From NCBI RefSeq assembly GCF_036321535.1, contig NC_087441.1:18662001-18726000 (forward strand): a DNA stretch of 64,000 nucleotides, in the 5' to 3' direction. Made by a program: the position numbers and the translations under genes. Origin of the DNA: Camelus dromedarius. Lineage: Eukaryota. Shown here piece by piece: positions 48,956 through 60,720 of this stretch; position 1 is the first letter of the stretch, and each line of letters starts with the position of its first letter. A model generated the notes under the pieces. The model was given only the letters and a program-made list of their open reading frames with translations, made no database searches and was not told where the DNA came from.

Positions 48956-51293
48956 CTGTGGGAGGGGAAAGGAGAGAGAAGGGAAAAGAATGAGAGTTTG
49001 CACCTTTAGCCAAAGTTCTAAATAAGATCATCTCCAGCCTGGAGAGTTTAAACTGTCCTATAAAGTTCGTGAAACACAGTGATCCACAACTAATGAAGAA
49101 AGGGATGGCTGATGGGCAGCATGTACGGAGCTGCCAGCGAATGCCTGTGGCTCAGGGAGGCTCAGGCACCTCCCCGGGGAGCTGGCCTGCTCACCCTTCG
49201 TGTTGGCGTACTGCCACCAGCCAACAAACCACATCTGTGAGAAAAGAATCAGGACCTTACTTTTTAAGTAATATAGGCAGTACTTTCCGTTCCATTTTAA
49301 GTAAAATTTTAGCCTGATAAAAATGTTACAGCACATTCACGACAAAAATCTAAGCTATCCTTTAAAAACTCATGAGAAACCCATGATTTCTCTCCTTTTC
49401 ATACAAGTCCTACACTCTCCAGAACAGAAATTAACATGAGGTTTATAGTCAATTCCATAACCCGTTTTCCTGTGGTAAGACTGACATGACAAAGCTTTAA
49501 CAATCTATAAAAGCAATCTGTACATTTCACAAGCAGAGAAATCAGAGCGGTTTTTCAAAAAATGACCAACTTTGGTTTGGATTATGAGTTCATTTTCCAG
49601 GCCACACAAATAAAAATTGACCTTAAAAGAACTAAAGTATCCTGAACGTCTTGAAGAGGGGTTGAGCGCCTTCATTAGGAGTAAGGAAGCCATGTAAAAC
49701 AGGAGTAAATAATACTTGCAAGGGCATTACGAGGATTCGTGAATGTAAGTGGAACACTTGGCAAAGAGCTGTTTGTTTTTGTTTCTGTTATAGTTGTAAT
49801 TATTATTATAGTACATGTGAGAACAAAGCAGATAAATTTCCACGTTACCCTTTCTGTTACTTCTAATATCCCCTTCAACTGCTCCCCAATTTTCTTTAAA
49901 ACTAGCAAGAATCATTGTTGGCTTAAATCCTACAAAGCAGCATATTAACAATCTCTGAGTTCTGAAAGCTACGTAAGGCGTATTTGGAAGAGTGTAGAAA
50001 GCTTTGGTTCTGCCTGTACATATACACACTGCTTGTCCCACTACCGTCCATACTGCCAGGCTGCTTCCCACTGATACTGCAAACCATAACAGAGATGGCT
50101 CAAGTGTGCTCCGACTTCCGTGCATCAATCTCAAAGGGCTGCTTTCAACCCAGACCTCCTCATTCATCTCTCATAGCATAATTAGAGGTTCATCCACTAC
50201 TCCACCAAGTTAGTGGCATCTTTGGTCCTTACTCCCTTCTGGAAGGAGAGTGTGTAATTAAAAGGTCAGTCCTAGAACAAATATAGCAGCAGCTTCAAAA
50301 AGGAGTGCAGTTCTACAGATGCATAAAGGTAATTGGGAGACTGACTCTGCAACACAAAGGGGGCAATTGGATGAAAACCGAAACTGCTCTCTAAGAAACT
50401 TCGTGTTGTTAATTGTGCTGAGAGGTGGCCTTCCTTCCAGAAAGGACAACACAGTCAGCATCAGCCTCGATTTCAGGCTTTTGACCATCTGATCAATGCC
50501 ACATATAAGCCATTTATTAACCAAGAGGACTTGCTGACACACTCTGAATGTCCCAGCCTTGGAATCACACCCAAGAGGGACAGGGCTGAATTATACACAG
50601 TATGTAAGTCAGGAAGACACATCAAACGTGCAGAGTGCTGTACCAGCCCTATCAATGCGAATTTAATATTCAATATCAGTGTTCAGAGCACTTAGAAAAT
50701 CCAATTATTTAGCTATGAACAAAAATATATATGAAGGTCATAAACATGAAATTCTCTTAATTCCATAAAATTCATATAATTTAAGAATTTTTACCATAAA
50801 ATGGGGAAATTTCTAAGGAATAAATATTACCACATTTTTTCCTTAACCTTTTTTCTGAGCATTTAACCTTCTTATCTTCAAAAACATATTAAAGTCTCTA
50901 ATGCTATGTGTGTTCCTCTCCAGAGATGGGAAGGACAAAGAAACGAGCACCTGTCATTTCATCAAATAATAAATAAAAACCTTCCATTTTATCACATGTA
51001 GAATGAGATCAAATTTTAAATTAAGTTCCCATCACACAGAGATGTTCATAAAAATTAATAAGGTTATATTTCTATAATGGTCTTTATCTTTGGGTCAAAT
51101 CAAAATCTGAATATGAATCTAAGTAACTGATATGAAATAGAGTTTTAGTTTGTAAAAGGGAAATTGTCTAGCAACCAAACTTTTAAAAAATATTCCAAAA
51201 TTTATAAACACTCTTCTGTATTCATTTTCCTGATACAGTTAAAGGGGGAAAGGGGGATTCTTCTTTCAGTAAATCTTTAGCTCACATTTCCCT

Positions 51294-51354
51294 TCTCTCT
51301 CTCTCTCTCTCTCTCTGTTTCTCTCTCTCTCTCTCTCACACGCACGCACACACA
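51294..51354. repeat. Compound (CT)n/(CA)n microsatellite
   Basis: Seen directly. Confidence 0.95.
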
Positions 51355-54300
51355 TCCCTCCTATTTTCTCCTAGACAGGAATTCAGTAAAAGAACAGGAA
51401 TTAGCCTGCAGATTTTCAATTATGATATTTTTAAAATGTAACAAATTTGGAACACTTACTAGTATAGAATGACCCTCCACACCACAAAAATTAAGTTAAC
51501 AACCTTGACCCAGGTCTCTGTTTTAGGGAGGCAAAAATATGCTAGCAAATAAGAATTTGAAGTCATGCTATTATGATCAATCATCTTACCCTCCTAGAAA
51601 TTTATACCAAATCTCAAAAAAGTCTCAAATTTTTCAACTCTCCATTATTGAGCCAATTATTTTAATTTTTCCAAAATAAAAATGTGTAAGCAGACAACAC
51701 AAATTTACATATAACTGTATTTACATATGTATTAGTAAGTGAATATAATTTACAATCTAAATATATTCTTTCAGGTTTCCAAACAAGTGTTTTTGTTAGA
51801 TTTGGATTTTAGAAAAAACATTTAGTTTCTGAAAGCCTTTCTTGGCCTTATAAATCTTACCCATTAGTGACCTTTCTCCATTAGGGGGACAAACACGGGA
51901 CTGAATTAGGAGAAGAAAAATGTGTTAAATCCCTTAAGGCTGATTTTCCAAATTCTTCCTCTAAATATTTTGCTCTTCTTAAAATGCTTTTGACAAGCTC
52001 ACACAGATCCAAGGGCCGCTGCCTAGTCTGGAATTTTATTTCTGTGATGAGTAAGAGAAGTGAAGCAAGAAATTGCAACAAAACTGCCTGATAAATCTTC
52101 AAGGAAACTAGCTTAAATTTTTTTTTCACTTCAGCAATTCACATGCATATCAAAGATTCTTTTAGCAAAGCCTAGCAATAGATCTCAATTCAAATCTTAA
52201 TCTGGAAAAGTGGCAGAGAAATTAGGAGTTGTGCCCCCTATGGAAACACACAAGTCTTAGGAATACATATACCACCATTGAGACGCTACTACAATTAGAA
52301 GGAAACCATGATCCTTGAAGTGCATCTTTCAAAGCCACTGAAGAGTGTCCAACTTGCTGATGATAATCTGAGTTCCAAAAAATGCAGCTATTTGGAAAAG
52401 AAATCTCTAGACTTGAGGCCAAAAAAAAAAAAAAAACTCTTCTTGGATGATTTCAAACTTAGATTTACCTTATTATAAGCCTCTTTCACAAAATTTAACC
52501 CACCTTAAAAAGCCAGTTTCTCACTAGCAAATGAGATTATTTTGGAAGCAATGAAAGCATCAAAGGCCACATTCCCATTTCTTTTTCTGGATACTGTATG
52601 TGAATCAACCCCAAACTAAGTCTACCACTAATCCTTAGTCATGCCATCCTCCCCCCTTGTTTTCTCATCCTCAACCTGTGCTCTCTGAACACCAATTCAT
52701 TTATTCAAACAATATGCATCAAAATGTCATCTGGAAACATAAATATTTTGTAGTGATCTGTAAAATTTTATAAATTTGTAGGCAAAGAAACAGAGACAAG
52801 AGGAGATAGACTGTTCTCAAGCAGAGTGCTTAAACTCCCCAAGTTTGTTTCAAAAATCTGACATCCTCTAACACAATATTGTTCCTCAACTATATTTCAA
52901 TCAATCAAGTCATTTGTTAAATTAATCCTATCAGAAACAAAAAACTTTCATTTGAATACAATAAAATTCAATTCAAAAATTTAAAAAAAATTTTTTAAAT
53001 CTGACGTCCTCAAAAGACTTAGGAACAACCTTAAAATTAAAAATGTGCTTTTCAAAACTGTCAAAACTACCTAAGGTTGTGAGAAAGTCAGATAATTAAC
53101 ATTTCAAGTGATATTCCTATATGTTTACTGCATTTGTACTTTAAATTGATTAAAGGTAAAAGCTGCACTTAAAATAGACTTTTGCCAAGGGACTACTATA
53201 TGGCTTTAAAAACTAAGATTATTTTCAAATTTATGTCATTTCTATCAGAAGTTAAGTAAACAAATATAAGTAAATAAAAATACATGCTTTAGGACATCTT
53301 TAAAAATAAATTAATAAAATAGACTTTTGCTTCACTCTTAAAAAGCAAAAAAAAAAAAAAAAACAAGCCGATGGTCTTTTGGGGAGAAATAGAAATGGAC
53401 AGAGTGAGAGGGAAAAGGAAAACGATTTTGCTTTTCAAATGAGAAGGCTGAGACCCAGGAACAAAAGTTAAATGAGTCGTCCAGTGTGGCCCACCAAGCA
53501 TCAGAGTCACAAACAGAACCAAGCGTGACCAGCCCTGAGTCTGTGTTCAAAGCACTTCCAAGTGACCAAGGAGGTCAATGAGAGTTTGGGGTGGGGGTGG
53601 GACAGACATTTAAAATATATCTTGAAGAGCAGGTGAAGTCGGGTTTATGCACAGGTGGGAGGAAGGGCATTCCAGACACAACGAGGCATGAGAGAACACT
53701 ACCCTCTTCATTTCAGGCTCACACTTCATACCTGACTGAAAAAAGAGCACATTCAATAAAAGCATACTGCTGTATCTATGAGGAAACACAGAGGGCCATA
53801 ACACATAATCTTGTCAAAACAATAATTCTGAAATAATCCAAACTTCAGAAAGTTTTCAACCCTGAAAACCGTTTACACAGTACAGAGTTAGAAATATGTG
53901 CTCAAAAAATGGTCTCATAAGAAAACACAGATTCTTTGAAAATCAGCCTCTTTAAGCAAACATATGCTCTGCTAACATGTAACCCATCCACTCTGCTCCC
54001 AAATTCATCACAATTCTGGAGCCCTTGGGTTCCCGAAAGTCCACAACTCCACTTGGACTGTATACAGCCTTTCTGTCCTTTTCAGCATTGAGGGAAAATG
54101 TTTGTTCAGCTGAGTACCAACCCAACCCACCAAAACTACCCACCTTACTATCACAGGGTCACAGTGGATAAGAACAGGATGGAATTAAAAGGGCACCTTA
54201 TCGAGCAAACCTGAGACCAGAAATGTCAAAACCAGTTAGTTGGTGATATAAATCATGTCAGGATCCCATCCATGTTCCCTCATCTAATACTCCTCCTGGT

Positions 54301-54765
54301 CTCAAGACTTCCCCCCTCCCTTTTTTTAACATGTTTATTCAGATATAATTCACATACCATACAATTCAGCCATTTAAAGTGTGCAATTCAATGGTTTTGG
54401 TATATTAAATTATTAATGTTTTAATTGTGGTAAAAGATGTATAACATAAAATTTGCTATTTTAACCATATTGAAGTGTACAATTCAGTGGCATTACTTTC
54501 ATTTCAATGTTGTACAACCATTGCCAATATCTATTTCCAAAATTTTTCATCTGCCAAAACAGGAATTCTGTAACCAGTGAGCAATAACTCTCTCATTCCT
54601 CCTCCCCTCAAGCACTGGTAACCTCTAATCCACTTTGTATGTATTTGCCCTTTCTTGATATCTCATATAAGTGAAATCACACATTATCTGTCCTTTTGTG
54701 GCTGGCTTATTTCCCTTAGCATAATGTTTTCAAGGTTCATCCATGTTGTAGTACGTGTCAGAATT

Positions 54766-54895
54766 NNNNNNNNNNNNNNNNNNNNNNNNNNNNNNNNNNN
54801 NNNNNNNNNNNNNNNNNNNNNNNNNNNNNNNNNNNNNNNNNNNNNNNNNNNNNNNNNNNNNNNNNNNNNNNNNNNNNNNNNNNNNNNNNNNNNNN
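54766..54895. other. Assembly gap / N-run (130 N) inside an L1
   Basis: Seen directly. Confidence 0.99.
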
Positions 54896-55075
54896 TCTGT
54901 TCCACTCCCTGCTTTCAGTTCCTCTGGATAGACACCTATGAGTGGAAATGCTGGGTTATATGATAATTCTGTGTTTAAATTTTTGAGGAACTGCTAAATT
55001 GTTTTCCATAGCTGGTTTTACACTCCCACCAGCGATGTACATGGGTTTCAAATTCTCCACATCCTCACTCACACA

Positions 55076-55121
55076 TTATTATTATTATTACTATTACTAT
55101 TACTATTACTATTATTATTAT
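55076..55121. repeat. (ATT)n/(ACTATT)n trinucleotide-type repeat
   Basis: Seen directly; produces the poly-Tyr in ORF 54999..55247. Confidence 0.95.
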
Positions 55122-58100
55122 TGCCATCCTAGTAGTGAAGTGGTATGTTATGGTTATGTTTGCATTTCTCTAATGACTAATGATCCTGACCATAAGACTG
55201 TGCTTAGAAAATGCAAAACATACCAAGCAAAGTCCCCCGAACTCTGAGCTATCCTGGAGACTTTCTGAACTAGCCCAAGTTCAACAGCACGCCACTTCAA
55301 AGCAGCTGGGATTCAAGGACAGCTCTTTTGCATTTAATCCACAAAATACCACGTAAGAGTAATTTAGTCCTCAAAGAATTATTTTCAGAATTAGAGATAC
55401 CCATTAATTCCTGCCCAACCTCTAATCTTAGAGTTTATTTACTCTTACCTATTTTCCCCTTGATGAGTTCCTCGTGCTTTTTAAAGGAACGCACAGGAAC
55501 ACAGAAGGGGATGTTCTCCTACTTTCACTTTTTAGAGCTACTAAACTTAGCTGAAGAATGTGAGACTTACAGGCATCTGGCATTGTTCAAAACCTTCTCT
55601 GTGGGAATATCTTTTGGAAAAACCCTTAATGTCTTAGATATAACCATATTATATGCGTTGCAAATGCAGAAGAATATGGATTCAATTTATGGGGACAAAC
55701 ATTATAAACTTTACATACAAACACTTCATTTTGGATTTCTGTCCTGGGAGCAAAAGGGTTTTATTTAAGTCACAGGAAATGTCATAGAACAGGGAGGGTT
55801 ATTTAGGAGGAACTGAATGAGTCATAAAGATGATGAGTCACTGTCATGGAAAGTCAATAGAAAACTAATTTTTTTCTCAGTGATTGACAAAAGTTAGAGT
55901 TATTGAAAAAATTTCTGTGAAATTTGATTCTTCACTTTATTCCTGTTAAATATCTAATATGTCCCACATACTATCTATAGAAGCCTCAAGAAAAAGTGAC
56001 TGTTTCATAAACATATATTTCTAGATGTAGAAAATTCATACAAATAAGTTTTCATGAGGATGGGGAAAATTTTTTTTGAATATAAGAAATAATCCAGTGA
56101 TCTGACTTCAGACTTTGTCATGACAAGTTCTACTTTCGAAAATAGGAGCAAAAACATGTCCTTTCAAGATTGTTAAATAAACATATAGTATTTTTAAATT
56201 TTAATTAATTACTTCATTTCATTATTTTCCCCATATTATGAGGAATCTCTGAGGTTCTTTTAGATTCCTCATAAATCCATATGATAAAATAATAAAAACA
56301 TCCAAGAAATAGTACTTCTCCAGAAAAAGTCTTGAAGAAAAATATTCAAAGAAAACAAAACTTTCAGTGCCTAAATACCTCCCTGCACTCCTGTGTGGGA
56401 CTCCTATTATGTTCTATAAAGCTGACATAGAAAACCTTTAACTCTGCACCATGCAGTTATAATCATGACCATAATCATGTCTCTGGGTCATCACTCAGAT
56501 AAAAATATACACACACTGAAAAGCAGGGAGCAATGACTAATCAGTGAATGAGCACTGGACATGCCAATGACTGCATTCCAAAGCCAACAACTCCAGTGAG
56601 TTAGAAGGGCTGGCAATATGGTTCCCTCCTTAGAACTACTTCAGTTTAGTTCTCTGTGTGTCAGGATCCAAACAAGCACCTTGAGACAGATGAAGACCCA
56701 GACAGCAACCATCCACGCAAGCACGAGTGCTGGCACTCGGTCCCGCTAAGGAGAAGAGTCCCCAGGCAGCCTCAAAGAGCAGTGCAACTTCAAGGAACAC
56801 AAAGATCAAAGAAAAAGTATCTCCAGCTCATCAAGATTGGACACGTGCAAAAGTCTAGACAACTTTAGAGGCCAGAGAACACTGTCACAAACAGAGCTGC
56901 CAGCCACCTTGACTCGCCCCATCATTTGGAGAATCTTCCCCTTTCTTTCCTCTCCACGTTCACTGCTTACCTCCTTCTTCCACTTGCCTCACTTTTCTGA
57001 GCATCCAAACCTTGCATCTCTTTGCAGGATGCTTCCCTGAATACTCTTTTCCACCACCCTGCCCTGGACCTGTCTTGGCCAAGGTCACCATTTTGGCATT
57101 CTCAGCCATGGAGCCTGCCTGGTGGCATGAGTCCTGGTCACCGTAAAGCAATCCAAATGCCACCTGAGTCTGTCTCTTTGTACCATTTCTCTTCTGGAGT
57201 GTCTTTTTATATCTTTTCTTTCTCTTCTTAAAACATCCTGTAAAATGATTATAATATACTCTAAAAGATCTCAACATAGAAAGAGTGATGTTATATTTGT
57301 GTTAGTTTAAGTCAGAGGCTTCAAACACTTTTTGCTCATGAACTTCTAGAAGAGTTCCCTGGCACATTTTTAAGTTGACAACTAATATTTATAGTAAATT
57401 TAAATGGTTAAAAAGATGTAACTCCCAGCACATTGTTAAGGAGCTGCAAATCTAGACTGTTCAAGTAACAGGAAATGTCTCCTCTGTTAGCTAATTGGCA
57501 AAACTAGTCCTCACTGTCAAACTCATCAGCTAAATCAGACACTTCCTGACATTGGAAGTCTGATTTTAGTTTTCTATTTAAAAACCATGTTCATACGTAC
57601 CTCCAGAGCAACAGCTCAGGTCAGAATTCCCACTCTAAGATGAGAGGATGGGTGAACCGATGGATGGATGGACAGACGGATGGCAGGAACAGAGCCTCGC
57701 CCCAGATGCAGAAAGGCACTGACCACTTTAATAATTCTTAAGTGTTCTTTGCTTTGCATCCTTAAACTGTCCCCATATTTTGTGCCTCACAGTAATGCAG
57801 CATGGTAAGATTTGGGGATGGTGAGAAGTGCGTCTTTCTGCTACAAAGTAGAGGAGGGGAACCCTTCAAAGGAAAGAAGGGACAGCAGAAGGCAGGTACC
57901 TAGGATGCCTCCTCAGGTTCCTTAAACGCTGGGAAAGCTGGCCACGAGGGGACACACATATTCCAGCGTGTAAGCCACTCCAGGGGCTCGCAGATGTCCC
58001 AACCCAGGGTAACGCTCCGGGGACAGCCAGCTGCGATTTAATCAGAAGGGCTACACTCCAGAGGTGGCCACCACGGAAGCACCAATTACCTCTGTCGCCA

Positions 58101-58398
58101 TTAACACCAGAGCCTTTGCTAATGAATTTAATGAAATGTGAGAAATGCGCTTTTACTGTGGCTTGAGAACTGGCATAATTAGAAGGCTAGCAACAATCTC
58201 CCACTAGTGCATTTAGTGTTACTCAATGAATGTGAATTGGCCAAAATATTTTACAGACATGTCCCACCATTGATTACACAGTAAAAATCGAGCGAGTCCA
58301 GGAGCCTAGCTCCCTCAAGACCCTGTGTTCAGCCATTAGCGGGGAGGAGTCTCATTACCCGATGCTGTCTGTAAGTCTAACTAAATCTTCTCCGTAAA

Positions 58399-58660
58399 GC
58401 GGCATTGTCCAATAGAAATAGACATCATTTTAAACTTTTTAGTAGCCACATTAAAAAAGAGGTCAACATAATTTTAGTAATATGTACAATTTATCCAAAA
58501 TATTATCATTTCAATGTATACTCGGTATTTTTAAAGCTATTGCTGTCTTACATTCTTTTTTTTCTTTCCAAGCCTTTGAAATCCGGTGTGTATTTCTCCT
58601 TTACAGCGCATCTCAGATCTGACTACTCACAGTAGCCTTTGCACTGCATTGCACAGCTGT
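58399..58660 (+). mobile_element. MER33 (hAT-Charlie)
   Basis: ttgtccaatagaaata...tttagtagccacattaaaaaag...tatccaaaatattatcatttcaa...gaaatccggtgtgtattt...acagcgcatctca. Confidence 0.85.
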
Positions 58661-59109
58661 AGAACATCGCTGCATTTCCTGCAACTAAAACCTTCCTGTC
58701 CTTCAAAAAGGACAGAGAGCTGTGGCGTACCAAGCTCATGAAACAGACTGCATGACATGTTTTCGAGACTGCTTGCTAATAATGATCGTTTAATGAATGC
58801 CAATGTGCATGGCAGGTTTGGTCTAAAGGTTGCCTTCATTTATAACTCTGATCATGAGACAATGGATATCCTTCACACCCTACTTTTAAGCACTGGGAAC
58901 TAACATTCCTGAGCAAAAAGAAAGTAAAAATTAATGGCTGCGCATGACCAAATTGGGTTTGTCCATTTTGTAAGACTTCTAGCCCAATAAATAGACAATA
59001 AGAATAGGAAACATTTCCAACTGTTTCCTATATTCATCATTTAAAGCTTTATATTTCCTACTCTTAATGAAAATTAGTTGTTCATCTATTTTGTGGAACA
59101 AAGAAACAG

Positions 59110-60200
59110 ATGGTGACATTTACTGAGCACCAGACCAACTATATTGGTCCCAAAAGAGATCCCAGTGCTGCTTTCAAGAAGCTCTCATGGAGTGGTGTGT
59201 GCATAGTTGAGAGAAGGGTGTGACACAAGTACATAAATAACAGATAGACAGTTAGAACTAATATATTAGGAACAAATACATTCATAAATTCAGAGGAAAA
59301 AACCCTTCTTCTTGATGGAGGTGAGGAAGAGATCAGAGAAGAATTCAATGAATAAGCTGCATTTGAATCAGGCCTTGAAATATGTTAAAGGCATATTTAA
59401 AAAGGTTTAAAAGGGCATTTGCAGAAGGGGACAGCTGAAGGAAAGTCCTAAAGGCATGAGAAGTACAGGACAGGCAGTCAAAACTGTGAGTGGTCCCTCT
59501 AACTGGACGGTCTGGGATCAGAACTGCAATGCCACTGAGTTTTGGAAGTAGGCTGCAGCTAGATTGTGGAGGATTTTGAATATCGAGCTGAAGGTTTAAA
59601 CGAGCAAGCAACGTGGGCAACTGACTCTACTGAGCAAAGGAGTGGCACAATCAGAAGTGTCTTGTGGTTGATTTTAATATGAAAACTGGATTAGTAGGGA
59701 GGGAGGCTGGGAGAAAGGACACCAATTTGAGGCATATCAGAAGCTCCTACACTAGACACCTGAAAGCCAGAAGTTGTGGAATAGTAAGGAGATTTAAAAA
59801 AAAAAACAGAGATGGATAAAAGAGGCATAGAGCTGTAGAGGTTAAGGTTGCTGGGACTTGAATACAAAATTAATTTAAGGGTAATGAAGGAGAAAGAGTG
59901 TCAAAAAATAATTCGAGGCTTCTGGGTTAACTTAAAGGATGGTAATGCCTCCCAATTTGGGAAAGAAAAAAAAAAGCACAGGAAGAGGGATGGATTAGGA
60001 AAGGAAGTTCTTCACACCTAGTGAGTTAAAGGTTAGCAGGATATTCAGGTGAAGATATCAAGCAAAACTAGAGCAAACGGGAGAGGGGAGACTGTCTCAG
60101 AAGCTCAAGTTTTTGGAAGAAAGGTACACTCCACAGCATTCAGCAAGCTACCAGAGGAGCTGGGGAGAATGAGGCCTGAAGAAAGATAAGTGAATTTGAC
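59110..60200 (-). mobile_element. Long degenerate L2
   Basis: catttactgagcaccagacc..., gagctgaaggtttaaacgagc..., gaagatatcaagcaaaact..., gaatttgaccactaagg. Confidence 0.75.
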
Positions 60201-60249
60201 CACTAAGGCCCGGCTGGCATGCGATGCTGCGACAGAACAGGAAAGCAGG

Positions 60250-60720
60250 CTTTGGGCTGGCAGACACGCAAATTATTACAAGTTTCCTGGAGCAATATGA
60301 CAATATCTGTATTAAAATATTTTTAAATTATACAACCACTGACCCAGAAATTCTGGAAGTTTATCTTAAGGAAATAATTAGATACACAAATATTAAGATA
60401 TCTTTAAAAGGATGTTCTTTAAAGCATGCATCATAATTGCAAAAAAAAAAAAAAACCTGTTATTCTAAATGTCTATCCTTGGGGATTATTTAGAAGCATA
60501 ATTTCATGCATAAATACAACCATCAAAATGATATTAAAGAAGAATATAAAAATATATGGAAGGATTTTTCACACTATATTAAGGAATAAAAATGCAGGTC
60601 ATTAAAAAGTACACACAGCACTTCATTTATATAATGTAAGACAAGAGCCAAAACATTCACACTGTTTCTTTCTCAGAAGATCCTGAGAGACTGTTCTATT
60701 CTTATGACCTATGTTTTCTA
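60250..60720 (+). mobile_element. Old L1ME-like 3' fragment
   Basis: actgacccagaaattctggaagtttatcttaaggaaataatt...ggatgttctttaaagcatg. Confidence 0.6.

Larger units (their letters stand above)
54322..55190 (-). mobile_element. L1MB-like 3' ends (a short one at 54322-54405 abutting a longer one), containing an N-run and an (ATT/ACT)n repeat
   Basis: ttattcagatataattcacataccatacaattc...; tttaattgtggtaaaa...aagtgtacaattcagtggcatta...; tttctctaatgactaatgat. Confidence 0.85.

Noticed and set aside
51584-51600. TTTCTAG|GAGG|GTAAGA 4-nt microexon-like motif
   Set aside because: It would frameshift and its pyrimidine tract is short. It mainly shows the background rate of such motifs.
51855-51870. 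ATG-G|GTAAGA, a minimal phase-1 first exon giving MDEHNDV...
   Set aside because: Poor Kozak context, an overlapping upstream ORF and no promoter features; a short motif expected by chance in 15 kb of intron.
58084-58101. ATG GCG ACA GAG|GTAATT mini first exon
   Set aside because: Phase 0, incompatible with the phase-1 exon 3 acceptor.
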